Numbered from the whole stretch's first letter, positions 21,369-32,218 are shown. The stretch is 61,393 bases of DNA, filler included, from Candidatus Woesearchaeota archaeon (GCA_030753365.1; 6 parts of 6 records of this genome joined end to end with filler, not necessarily neighbours in it); one strand, 5' to 3'. The notes: generated from the sequence alone by a model not told the origin. Numbers and translations: made by a program.

Positions 21369-21539
21369 AAAGCTTCACAAAGAAGAAGTAATAAATACTT
21401 TTGTATTGTCTAAAACAACTCTTTCAAACCTAAGTTTGCTTTAAATATTTCTTAATACATATAATAGAAATCTAATTTAACTGTATCTTTGAGAACAATA
21501 AACCTTTTAAATAATCTGCCGTTATATATTTTTTTTAGT

Positions 21540-22652
21540 ATGGTTGATAAAAAACAAGTAAAACTCATTCTTGAAGACAATTCCATTTTCTATGGCTTTT
21601 CATTTGGCTCAGAAAAATCAGTATCTGGTGAAGTGGTGTTTAATACAGGAATGGTTGGTTATCCTGAAACTATGACTGACCCTTCTTATAAAGGCCAAAT
21701 CTTAGTTCTCACATATCCTTTGATTGGAAACTATGGCATACCAAGTGATGATCAAGAAAACAATCTAAAAAAACATTTTGAATCAGACAAGATTCACCTT
21801 CAAGGCCTCATAGTATCTGACTACTCAAAAGACCATAACCATTGGAACTCTGAGAAATCATTATCAGGCTGGATGAAAGAGCAAGATATTCCAGGTATCT
21901 ATGGCATAGACACAAGAGAACTAACAAAGAAGTTAAGAGAAAACGGCACGATGCTTGGCAAAATCATCTGTAACGATAATGATATAGTATTAGATGACCC
22001 AAATAAGAGGAACCTGGTTAGTGAAGTTTCAGTTAAAGAATCAGTGATTTATAATGAACAAGGAGATAAGAAGGTTGTAGTGATAGATTGCGGGGTTAAA
22101 AACAATATCATTAGATGTCTCGTTGAAAGGAATTGCTGTGTAATAAAAGTTCCCTGGGATTATGATTTCTTTAAGCATGAATTTGATGCAGTTCTTATTT
22201 CAAATGGTCCTGGTAATCCAAAGATGTGTAAAGAGACAATAAATAATGTAAAAAAATGCTTAGAAAAAGATATTCCAACGTTTGGTATCTGTCTTGGCAA
22301 TCAAATACTGGCATTAGCAGCAGATGCAGACACATATAAATTGAAGTATGGCCACAGAAGTCAGAATCAACCTTGCATAGAAGTGGGCACAAAAAGATGT
22401 TATATCACTTCCCAGAACCATGGTTATGCAGTTGATACTAAAACATTACCTGAAGGCTGGCTGCCCTGGTTTGAAAATGCAAATGATGGAACTAATGAAG
22501 GTATAAAGCATAAGACAAAACCTTTCATGAGTTTCCAAGGGCATCCTGAACATTATCCAGGTCCCGTGGATACTAACTTTTTGTTTGATAAGTTTATTGA
22601 AAATATCGGAAAAGATTTTCAATCCCAAAAATTTGTCTCAATTAAAATTTAA
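21540..22652 (+). CDS. carA: Carbamoyl-phosphate synthase small subunit
   Basis: GEVVFNTGMVGY, SNGPG, GICLG, QGHPE. Confidence 0.97.
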   Translation: MVDKKQVKLILEDNSIFYGFSFGSEKSVSGEVVFNTGMVGYPETMTDPSYKGQILVLTYPLIGNYGIPSDDQENNLKKHFESDKIHLQGLIVSDYSKDHNHWNSEKSLSGWMKEQDIPGIYGIDTRELTKKLRENGTMLGKIICNDNDIVLDDPNKRNLVSEVSVKESVIYNEQGDKKVVVIDCGVKNNIIRCLVERNCCVIKVPWDYDFFKHEFDAVLISNGPGNPKMCKETINNVKKCLEKDIPTFGICLGNQILALAADADTYKLKYGHRSQNQPCIEVGTKRCYITSQNHGYAVDTKTLPEGWLPWFENANDGTNEGIKHKTKPFMSFQGHPEHYPGPVDTNFLFDKFIENIGKDFQSQKFVSIKI

Positions 22653-22654
22653 TA

Positions 22655-22807
22655 TGTCAGAAATATACCACTGGTTTCTAACCAGTGGATTAAATCCACA
22701 TTCCTGTTTTGGAAGGTGATATATTTCTGAGCATGCTCAAGAACCACCTGAAGTTGGCAAGCTATGCTTTAAGCATGCCACCTATCTATGATGGGTGGTT
22801 CTTGACA
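22655..22807. mobile_element. Structured ~150-bp element (MITE/ncRNA-like, IS200/IS605-type hairpins)
   Basis: TGTCA...TGACA ends; stems TCAGAAATATA/TATATTTCTGA and TCAAGAACCACC/GGTGGTTCTTGA. Confidence 0.55.
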
Positions 22808-22837
22808 AAGACAAATTTTAGTTATAGAGGTGATAAA

Positions 22838-23209
22838 ATGAAAGAATCATTCGCAGAACTAATTGAATTAACCAAGAAAAGCCTAAAACATGACCCGTGG
22901 TGTAATGATAATGGACTTAAAGGCTACTGTGAATCAATAATCAAAGAAACCGAAGAATTAAAGGAAGCAGTTAACAAGAAAGACCATAAAAACCTTAAAG
23001 AAGAACTAGGAGACGTTTTACTTTGCTGGTGCCATGCTTGTATGTTAGCTGAACAAGAAAAATTATTCACAACCAAAGAAGTCATAGACAGCATAAGAAA
23101 CAAACTTACAAGAAGAAAGCCATATATCTTGACAAATACAACAGTAACAAAAGAAGAAGCTGTTGAAATCTGGAAACAGGTCAAGGAACAAGAAAAACAT
23201 AAAAAATGA
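22838..23209 (+). CDS. MazG nucleotide pyrophosphohydrolase domain protein
   Basis: DPW, EELGDVL, KLTRRKP; GAGGTGA RBS. Confidence 0.88.
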   Translation: MKESFAELIELTKKSLKHDPWCNDNGLKGYCESIIKETEELKEAVNKKDHKNLKEELGDVLLCWCHACMLAEQEKLFTTKEVIDSIRNKLTRRKPYILTNTTVTKEEAVEIWKQVKEQEKHKK

Positions 23210-23343
23210 TTAACAACCCACTGGTCACTGGTCAACCGTACGTAGGATTTATAAATGATAATTCTTTAGTCTTAAATACATTTAAACCTAATTTTTATCT
23301 TGACTTTTCAGAGTTTATCATCCCAGAAAAGGAGAGTCTTATT

Positions 23344-24693
23344 ATGAATAATAAACAAAAATCAAATAAAGATTGTGAAGTTAAAATGAGACAAAAGAAT
23401 ATACAAAAAAGAGGAGAATACATAATCACAATTAAAAAATTGGTAAACGAGGATAGCAATCATTTAAATTCTAAGTACTTAGGAAATTTAGAAGATCTTA
23501 AGTTTAAGTATAGAGCTACTAAGTATTTTGGTGGTTGGAGAAAAGCGATTAAAGCGGCAGGGTTTCGACCTATAACCAATACTTGGACCAAAGATCAGGT
23601 TATAAGGGAAATTAAAGAGGTTAAGAGAGGTTTTGGATACATTCCTCATGCAAAGTATCTACACAAACTGGGTTATAGGGGCTTACATAATGGTGCAATT
23701 TCTAAGTTTGGTAACTGGAGTAATGCGTTAATGGTCGCAGGTTTTAAAGTAATGAGGAAAAAATGGAATAAAGAAAAAGTGATTAAGGAACTTAAGCTGT
23801 TGTACAAGAAAACCGGCAAAACGCTAAACTATGGTGAGCTTTATAAAAATGGTGAAAAAGGACTTGTTCAGGCAGCAAGAAAGTATCATGGTAGCTGGGT
23901 GAATGCAATGCGAGCTGCAGGATTAAAAACTCTTAGAAATGATTATTGGACAAAAGAACAACTTATGGAAGAGTTAAGGTGCGAAATTAAAACTATAGGA
24001 TATATACCATCGGGAAAAGAGTTAAAAAGAAGAGGAAGATGTGATCTAGTCTCATCAGGATCAAAGTTGTTTGGAGGATACAACAATTTTCTATCTGTAG
24101 CGGGATTTAAGCCTATTCTAATACCAAATATCTGGACCAAGAAGAACATAAAAAAGGAACTATATCTTATAGCAAAACAACTTAAACGTACACCGACAGA
24201 GCGTGATTTAATAGTTTTAGATAAAAGAACTCTAATACCAGCTACATGGAGGCAATTTAAAGGTTGGAATAATGCTATAGAGGCATATGGACTTAAAGCA
24301 AATGCAAATTTCGTTAAAGATAAAACATGGAAAACATAGGAAAAATTTGTACTAAATCTATGCAGTTCTATGTTTCCAGATTCCGAACAACATAAAATAT
24401 TACCAAACAAAACAATTCCTGATTTTTATGAACACACGATGAAAAAAATAATTGAAGTGAAAATTAACGCAGCTGATACAACAATTCCATCAGCAATTAG
24501 AAATTATTCTCCCTACTGTAATAGAATGGAAATTTGGCACTTAACAGGAAAACCTTCTAAAAATTACAAAAACAAAGTAATCTTTAGAGGACCAGATTAT
24601 ATAAGAAGCTTAATCAAAGAGGATAAAGAACTTTTAGAGGAATTTACAAAAATGCTAAATCATTACAGTCAAAATGAAAAAGAAAAACATTAG
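23344..24693 (+). pseudogene. Homing-endonuclease-associated-repeat protein with C-terminal PD-(D/E)XK nuclease; in-frame TAG at 24337-24339
   Basis: About five repeats WTKxxVIxE...FGxWxxAxxAAG; same-frame continuation WKT*EKFV...TIPDFY...IIEVK. Confidence 0.72.
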
Positions 24694-27302
24694 GAAAGTA
24701 TTAGTTTTAGGTTCTGGTGGATTGACTATAGGTCAAGCTGGCGAGAGCTTATTGTAAAGACAATAAGCCGCAAATTTGACTATAGTGGATCACAGGCCCT
24801 TAAGTGCCTTAAAGAACATGGCATTATAACGGTACTTATAAATCCAAACATAGCAACGGTGCAAACGTCCAAAGGTATGGCAGACAAAATATACTTTTAT
24901 CCTGTAACCCTTTTTTTTGTAGAAAAAATCATAAAAAAAGAAAGGCCAGATGGAATTCTTCTGGCATTTGGTGGCCAGACTGCTCTTAACTGTGGCGTTA
25001 AGCTTGAAGAAAAAGGAATTCTTAAGAAATACAATATTAAAGTTTTAGGCACCCAGGTAAAAGCAATAAAAGATACAGAAGACAGGGCTCTCTTTGTCAA
25101 AACGCTGTCTGAAATAAACTTAAAGACACCCAAAGGTTTTGCAGTAACATCTTTTGAAGAAGCAATGACTGCAGCAGACAAGATAGGCTATCCTATAATG
25201 GTAAGGATAGCATATGCATTAGGCGGCTTAGGCTCAGGAGTCTGCTACACAGAAGAAGAGCTTTTAGACAGATCAAAAAAAGCATTCTCATTCACAAATC
25301 AAATACTAATTGAAGAATACTTAGAAGGTTGGAAAGAAGTAGAATATGAAGTAGTACGGGACATATATGATAATTGCATTACAGTATGCAACATGGAAAA
25401 CTTTGATCCTATGGGAATCCACACAGGAGAAAGTATAGTAATTGCTCCTTCTCAAACATTGACAAACTCTGAATACCATAAGCTAAGAGCCATCTCAATT
25501 AGATTAATAAGGCACTTAGGCATTGTAGGAGAGTGCAATGTCCAGTTTGCACTAGACTCAAAATCAGAGGATTATAGGATAATAGAAGTAAATGCACGCT
25601 TGTCTAGGTCATCTGCATTAGCTTCAAAAGCAACTGGCTATCCTCTTGCATTCATTGCAACTAAACTAGCATTAGGCTATTCGTTAACAGAACTTCAAAA
25701 TCAAATAACAAAGAAAACAATGTCCTGCTTTGAGCCAGCTCTTGATTATGTAGTTGTCAAAATACCAAGATGGGACCTCCAGAAATTTAAAAGTGTTAAA
25801 AAAGAAATCGGTACAGAAATGAAAAGTGTGGGAGAGATAATGGCTATTGGCAGAAAATTTGAAGAGACTCTCCAGAAAGCAATAAGGATGCTCAATATAG
25901 GAATGGATGGCCTTGTTGCAAACGATGCTAAACTGAACAATATTGAAAAAGAGCTTAAAAATCCAACAGACCAAAGAGTGTTTGTTGTTGCAGAAGCAAT
26001 AAAACAGAGATATCCTATAGACAAGATATATGAACTCTCAAAAATAGACAAATGGTTCTTATATAAAATAAAAAATATAGTTGAAACTGAAGAAAAAATA
26101 AAACAGCATAACATAGAAACAATTTCTAAAGAATTAGTTTATGAGGCAAAGATTAATGGTTTTTCTGATGTTCAAATTTCAAAACTGCTCAATACAGATG
26201 AACTATCATTTAGAAAAATAAGAAAAGAGATGAATATTGTTCCCTGTGTAAAACAAATAGATACGTTAGCAGGCGAATTCCCTGCTAAAACTAACTATTT
26301 GTATCTTACTTATAATGGAACTACTGATGATATATCTTTTGAAGACAAAAATCAGGTTATAGTCTTAGGTGGAGGCGCTTACAGGATAGGCTCTTCCGTT
26401 GAATTTGATTGGTGTTGCGTTAATACAGTATTAACATTAAGAGACCTTAAGTATCCTACAATTATGATCAATTATAACCCTGAAACGGTTAGCACAGACT
26501 ATGACATCTGTGACAAACTTTACTTTGACGAATTGACATTTGAAAGGGTTATAGATATTTATGAAAAAGAAAATCCTTTAGGGGTTATTGTCTCAATGGG
26601 AGGCCAGATTCCAAACAATTTGGCAATGAAGTTCCATAATAATAATATAAGAGTATTAGGAACTGATCCCCAATCGATTGACAATGCAGAGAACAGACAC
26701 AAATTTTCAAAACTACTTGATAAACATAGCATAAAACAGCCAGCTTGGAAAGAATTAACAAATATAGAAGAAGCAAAAAAGTTTGCAGAGAAAGTAGATT
26801 TTCCAGTTCTGATAAGACCAAGTTATGTGTTAAGCGGCGCAGCTATGAGTGTTGTATTCAATGAGCATGACCTTGAAGAGTTCATATCTAAAGCATCAGA
26901 AGTTAATAGGGAACATCCTGTTGTGATTAGCAAGTTCGTGATGGGGGCTAAAGAGATAGAGATTGACGCAGTGTCAAACAAAGGCAATATACTTGCTTAT
27001 GCAATCTCAGAACATGTAGAAAATGCAGGAGTCCACAGCGGTGATGCTACTATGGCGCTTCCGCCTCAAAAAACATATCATGAAACAATAAGAAAAATAA
27101 AAAGAATTGCCAAAGAAGTTGCAGAACATCTCAAAATAACAGGGCCTTTTAACATCCAATTCCTAGCAAAGGATAATAAAGTCAGTGTAATTGAGTGCAA
27201 TCTAAGAGCATCAAGATCATTTCCTTTTGTATCAAAGGTGTTCAAAGTAAATTTCATAGAGCTTGCAACCAAGGCCATCATGAACGAGCAAGTAGCCAAG
27301 AT
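24674..27302 (+). CDS. carB: Carbamoyl-phosphate synthase large subunit, N-terminal part, interrupted by a 29-nt insert (24746-24774); truncated by gap
   Basis: Removing the insert gives [36 protein letters not shown]..., in frame with ORF 24859. Confidence 0.95.
24746..24774 (+). other. Putative BHB-type intron in carB mRNA
   Basis: Perfect 9-bp hairpin GCTTATTGT-AAAG-ACAATAAGC; removal restores the conserved motif and frame. Confidence 0.75.
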
Positions 27303-27402
27303 NNNNNNNNNNNNNNNNNNNNNNNNNNNNNNNNNNNNNNNNNNNNTTAATTAATTAANNNNNNNNNNNNNNNNNNNNNNNNNNNNNNNNNNNNNNNNNN
27401 NN
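27303..27402. other. Artificial contig spacer (others at 40770-40869, 45239-45338, 50436-50535, 57741-57840)
   Basis: N run, TTAATTAATTAA, N run; 100 nt each. Confidence 0.98.
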
Positions 27403-28367
27403 TAGATGGCGATTCTGATAAGAACCTTAACGATGGCGATTCAATTGACGAAAAAGCAAGACCTTCATCAACTGTTAAGTTTGATATAAGGCTTGATAAC
27501 AGGTTTAGTGATGATGACGATATAGAAATAGAAGATATTGAAGTTACAATAATCATTGAAGAGATTGATGAAGGCGATGACCTTGAAGAGGTTTTAGACG
27601 AGTTCGACTTAAAACCTGATAAATGGAAAAGAGTACAGCATGAATTCAAGCTTCCTTTAAATATTGGTGAAAGCACTTATAATGTTGTCATAACTGTTGA
27701 AGGCGAAGATGAGAATGGAGTTACACATATTAGCGAAGCAAAGCTTTATCTTGAACTAGATAAAGAAAGCCATGAGATTGTAATCAGCAAGTCTAGCTCA
27801 TCTCCTAAAGAAGTAAGCTGTGGAAACAGTTTTGTGCTTGATGTTACTGCAACTAATATAGGCTCTCATAGCGAAGACGAGGTTATCATAAGCATAATCA
27901 GTACTGAACTAGGGGTTAATATCAACGAAGAGACACCAGAACTTGACAAAGATTATGATGATAATGAGAACAAGTTCAACAAGGATTATACAATTGAAGT
28001 GCCAGAGAACAAAGCTGCAGGCAGATATCCTATTGATATAAGAGTATATTATGATACAGATGAGATAAGCGATCATGTTAGAGAATTTATCACAATAAAA
28101 GCATGCAGTGATAGTGACGATGACGATTCAACCACTGACACATCAGATGATTCAGTTACTCTTATAACTGGTAATGATGGAGATGACACTATGCCTCCAA
28201 CTATACAGCCTGATGTTCAGCCTTGGACTCAAGACGCTGTTGACAGCACAACCAAAATAACCTTTACTAAATCAAACGCTTATGTGGCACTGCTTGTATT
28301 AGCTAATATAGCTTTAGTAGGAGTAGTTGGTATTATGGTTGCTAAGTTCCTGTTCTTAAGACCATAA
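27403..28367 (+). CDS. S-layer-like surface protein, C-terminal part with membrane anchor (partial)
   Basis: Frame open from the gap; acidic beta-rich domains, D/T/S linker, C-terminal TM helix. Confidence 0.75.
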
Positions 28368-28384
28368 TTAATATTTCTTTTTAA

Positions 28385-28702
28385 TTAATATTCTTCTACT
28401 TCAGGAATATCTATTTTAATTTCTTCTTCATCAGGTTCTTTATTCTCTTCAGAACTTTCTTCCTTTTCTACATCATTATTAGTCTCAGGGTCATTGAATA
28501 TGCTTCCAAAGGCTGTCTCAACCTTTTCTATCTCTTCCTTGTCTGCAACACTGCTTTCAGCAGCAGCATTATCATCAGAGAATATGTTGCTCTTATTCAC
28601 ATAAACATCCTTATTTTCTACTTCAAGAAGGTTGGAAAGCATTTGTATTATCTTCTTTATTTCATCTTTACTGTCTTCTTTTGTGTCTATTGTGATTTTC
28701 AT
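28385..28702 (-). CDS. Hypothetical acidic protein
   Basis: MKITIDTKEDSKDEIKKII N-terminus, acidic tail. Confidence 0.7.
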   Translation of the reverse strand: MKITIDTKEDSKDEIKKIIQMLSNLLEVENKDVYVNKSNIFSDDNAAAESSVADKEEIEKVETAFGSIFNDPETNNDVEKEESSEENKEPDEEEIKIDIPEVEEY

Positions 28703-28808
28703 AAGGATTTTATTGAAAGCGGAAGTTAAAAAAGGTTTCTATTTAATTTTGTTTTAGAAGTTATAACCATTGAGTAATAGTAAAATATATAAATGAAGAG
28801 TTATTTCT

Positions 28809-28910
28809 AATAAAAAATCCCAATCGCAGCAAGCTGCGGGGTATTTTTAGTATTTAGTTTGCGTATTAAGCCGATGCAAGCATCGGGGTATAAAACCCAA
28901 ACTAAATAAT
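28809..28910 (+). mobile_element. 102-bp twin-hairpin element, copy 2 (between TATA box and start of ORF 28926)
   Basis: Identical to other copies. Confidence 0.85.
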
Positions 28911-28925
28911 TAAATAAGTGATAAA

Positions 28926-29720
28926 ATGTCTAACAAAGAATTAAGACAAGACCTAAGGATAAGAGGAGACAACTTAGCAGAGCTTGCTAGAAAGCTTCAT
29001 AGCATAATCTCAAGTGACAACCCAGACGCAAGTTCAGTTGGTTTTGAATATCAAACATATTCTTATCCAAGATATCATGAAAAGAAAGATGATGATGAAG
29101 GAACAATTGAACACTTCTTTGAAAATTTAGCTGCTTTAAGTCCAGAGAATGTCGTACATGAAGATGAAAAAGGAAACGTACTATTAGATGAAGAAAGTAT
29201 TGTTAGCCTAGTTTCTCAGTATGACAAAAAAGGTAAGATGATATTTATTCTTACACAATCTTCTAATTTTGATGATGCCCCTAAGATAAATAATATGCAA
29301 TCACATATTGAAAACTCTGATTTAAACCTTACTTTAAAAGATAAAAACTTGGAAGAAGGATTAACATACAGGGTTAAATGCGGCAAAAAAGAAGGTAAGG
29401 GAGCTGCATATGTTGGATTACAAATAAAAAGGGTTGCCTATACGAGAATTGAAAAAAGATTAATGAAAGCAAAACAAAGATTGATGAAAGGTTATTCAGG
29501 GAAAGTTATAAGACATTTCTCAAAACCTGAACAAAGAGAAAAAGTGAAAGATGGCTTAAGAGAAGTTAGAGGAAAATTAAAGACCCTAGCAGATTACATA
29601 AGTCTTTGTTCAAAGCCATTATATATGGATATAGAAATATATGGAAAAGAGAACATGTCACCAAGAGAAGATACAGAAGCGCTTACCATAGGAAAACTTT
29701 TCCCAAAACAAGTATTATAG
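28926..29720 (+). CDS. Hypothetical protein
   Basis: 264-aa ORF with GTGAT RBS-like site. Confidence 0.7.
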   Translation: MSNKELRQDLRIRGDNLAELARKLHSIISSDNPDASSVGFEYQTYSYPRYHEKKDDDEGTIEHFFENLAALSPENVVHEDEKGNVLLDEESIVSLVSQYDKKGKMIFILTQSSNFDDAPKINNMQSHIENSDLNLTLKDKNLEEGLTYRVKCGKKEGKGAAYVGLQIKRVAYTRIEKRLMKAKQRLMKGYSGKVIRHFSKPEQREKVKDGLREVRGKLKTLADYISLCSKPLYMDIEIYGKENMSPREDTEALTIGKLFPKQVL

Positions 29721-29743
29721 AACTAAAGAAATTTCTATCCCTG

Positions 29744-30310
29744 CTAAACAGAGCCTTCAAGAACAGGCAAATCTAACTTACTTACATCTTTTCTAAACTC
29801 TTCTATTGTTTTTATATCATCTCTGTTCACATAAAAGTATTCAATTTCCCGGGATTTAATTTCCTTTGGCATTCTACAATGATATATTTTACATTGCATT
29901 GGTTTTATTTCCTGTATACCACATTCCATCCTTCCTTCTTTTAAGAAGTATCCTAGAATATGAAACATTCTTATTGCTTTCTCTTTAACAGTTTCAATAG
30001 GTCTCTCTATTTTAGATTCAATTTCCTCTAATTGAACCTGTTTTTCTCCTTTTCTAACAGCAAAGATACAAAGAGACTTATACTCTTTTGGCATATATCC
30101 TTCCTTAAAAGAAACAATTTTTTTATTAAAGAACTTATCAAAATCTTCTGCTCCTAAATAATCAAGCACTTGTTGCGCTTCTCCTTCAAACAAAAAAGGA
30201 GGATTATAACAACAATATGTGCTTCTACAATTACAACTATATTCACTTGTTATCTTCAGTATTTCATCCAATGGTGTGGTTGCTTTGATTTTTGGATTAG
30301 ACATATTCAT
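29744..30310 (-). CDS. YkgJ-like cysteine-cluster protein
   Basis: CNCRSTYCC...LCIF...CGIQEIKPMQCKIYHC. Confidence 0.7.
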   Translation of the reverse strand: MNMSNPKIKATTPLDEILKITSEYSCNCRSTYCCYNPPFLFEGEAQQVLDYLGAEDFDKFFNKKIVSFKEGYMPKEYKSLCIFAVRKGEKQVQLEEIESKIERPIETVKEKAIRMFHILGYFLKEGRMECGIQEIKPMQCKIYHCRMPKEIKSREIEYFYVNRDDIKTIEEFRKDVSKLDLPVLEGSV

Positions 30311-30366
30311 TAAAGAATTTAAATTTATTTTTAAAGATTAGGTATTTATTACTTGTCAAGAATGAA

Positions 30367-31140
30367 TTAGAAAACCCTTCCAAAATTCATATAAATATTA
30401 TTCACAACTTCCTGTTCATCCATTCTCTTAATCTCTGCTATTTTCTTTATTGTTTCTGTTATAAAAGCAGGCTCATTCCTTTTATCTTTGTAAGGAGAAA
30501 GGTATGGCGCATCTGATTCTGTAAACAACTGTGACAAAGGAACTTCTTTCACAAGCTCCTGGAACTGCTGCGTTCTCACAACAATAGCAGGTATGGAAAA
30601 ATACCATCCATTCTCTTGTATTCTTTTAACTAATTTCTTCTTGCCGCAGAAACAATGCATTATCACTTTCTTTAGCTTAAAACTCTCAAGTATTTCTATG
30701 CATTCTTCTTCAGCTTTCCTTGAATGCACTATCACAGGCTTCTTTAATTCTTCAGCTAATTTAAGCATCTCCTTGAAATCTTCTATCTGCCCTTCGTCTC
30801 TGCCATTCACAAAGTCTAAGCCAATTTCTCCTATTGCAACAATATTATCTTTATTAGCTTTAATAAAGTCAATCTCTTTAAGAACATCAAACTCTTCTAA
30901 TTTAAGAGGAAACTCACCATCCTTAGTTTCTCTTTTTAAAGCTGACCTTGGATAAACTCCCAGAGAACATTGTATAATATCATATTTCTTAGCAAGCTTT
31001 AATGCCTTCCTATTAGTCTCAGGGTTAATGCCAGCAGTAATCACTGCTTTAAACCCAGCTTTCTTTGCATTTTCTAGTACTTCATCTAAGTCATCCTTAA
31101 AGAGTTCAAGATGTGAATGAGTGTCTGTTAGTAATTTCAT
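30367..31140 (-). CDS. tatD: TatD-family deoxyribonuclease
   Basis: DTHSH, GEIGLD, HSR, HCF, ESDAPY. Confidence 0.93.
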   Translation of the reverse strand: MKLLTDTHSHLELFKDDLDEVLENAKKAGFKAVITAGINPETNRKALKLAKKYDIIQCSLGVYPRSALKRETKDGEFPLKLEEFDVLKEIDFIKANKDNIVAIGEIGLDFVNGRDEGQIEDFKEMLKLAEELKKPVIVHSRKAEEECIEILESFKLKKVIMHCFCGKKKLVKRIQENGWYFSIPAIVVRTQQFQELVKEVPLSQLFTESDAPYLSPYKDKRNEPAFITETIKKIAEIKRMDEQEVVNNIYMNFGRVF

Positions 31141-31141
31141 T

Positions 31142-32038
31142 TTAATTAACATAAGCACCTAGTATCCAGGCTTCTATATTATCAAAGTCTCCTAATTTCT
31201 TTAAAGCTTTGTCTTGTATTTGCCTTATTCTTTCTCTGCTTAAATGGTATTTATCACCAGCCTCTTTTAATGTTAATGGAGTTCTTCCATTCAGTGCAAA
31301 TCTATCTCTTAAGACATCTGCTTCTCTTTCAGTTAAAGTTTCCAAGACCGAGTCAATTGTTTCAATCAAAGCGTCATTTAAAGCATCTTCTTCCATATCA
31401 TAACTTAAATCCTCCATGAAATCTACTAGACTTGAAAAAGCCCCATCGTCTCCTGTAGGAACATCAAGAGAAACAGGTTGCATATTATCAGCATCTAATG
31501 TTCTTTCTACTCTCTCAACCGCCATATTCAAGTTTTCTGCAACTAATTGTAAATTTGCTTCATATCCTATTTTTTCAAGTCTTTTTTGTTCTTTTCTTAT
31601 TCGATTCAATTCAGAAACTCTATTTATTGGCATTCTAATCGTCCTGGCCTGATCAGCCAATGCCCTGAAAATATTCTGCCTTACCCACCAATAAGCATAA
31701 GAGATTAAATGGTAACCTTTCTCAACGTCAAACCTATTTACTCCTTCAATTAATCCAATATTTCCCTCATTAATAACCTCTAAAAGAGTAAGACCAAAAT
31801 ATTGGTATTTTTTTGCAACATTAACAACAAACCTTAGATTCGCCTTAACAAGTTTATCTTTAGCATATTTATCTCCCTTATCAGCTCTTTTGGCATACAT
31901 AACTTCATCTTCTCTTGTGAGCATTGGTATTCTATTTATCTCTTTAAGATACATAGGCAAAATTTCCCTGTCTTCTCGAGAACCATTTCCTCCCACATAA
32001 TCTATTTTTTCCTTGACTCTTACAGTTGCATATGGCAT
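31142..32038 (-). CDS. Bacterial-type sigma-70 family factor (RpoD/RpoS-like, regions 1.2-4)
   Basis: YLKEINRIPML, ANLRFVVNVAKKY, EGNIGL, SYAYWWVRQ, SRERIRQIQDKALKKL. Confidence 0.92.
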   Translation of the reverse strand: MPYATVRVKEKIDYVGGNGSREDREILPMYLKEINRIPMLTREDEVMYAKRADKGDKYAKDKLVKANLRFVVNVAKKYQYFGLTLLEVINEGNIGLIEGVNRFDVEKGYHLISYAYWWVRQNIFRALADQARTIRMPINRVSELNRIRKEQKRLEKIGYEANLQLVAENLNMAVERVERTLDADNMQPVSLDVPTGDDGAFSSLVDFMEDLSYDMEEDALNDALIETIDSVLETLTEREADVLRDRFALNGRTPLTLKEAGDKYHLSRERIRQIQDKALKKLGDFDNIEAWILGAYVN

Positions 32039-32218
32039 TTTTAATTAGACTCCCGCCTTATATTTCAATTCCTTATAAGAAATTATATTATAGCTTATAA
32101 AATTATTGTAACGATGCAAGAAAATATTTCCATTTAAATTTTTGTCATTAATTTCCTCATTTCCTTTATACGCATTATAGGAGATTTATGATGTACTTTT
32201 CTTTAAATTTAAGTAAAA

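Noticed and set aside
22709..22837. N-terminal extension of the mazG ORF
   Set aside because: It translates the structured element; the RBS supports ATG 22838
1703..24339. Stop-codon reassignment suggested by in-frame TGA (1703) and TAG (24337) at Trp-like positions
   Set aside because: TGA and TAG end conserved genes normally here (rpoA1, pepM, radB, dph5) and TGG is used for Trp; isolated nonsense changes are simpler
23190..24690. AAGAAAAACAT at both sides of the nuclease gene as a target-site duplication
   Set aside because: Short, A-rich and plausible by chance in this genome
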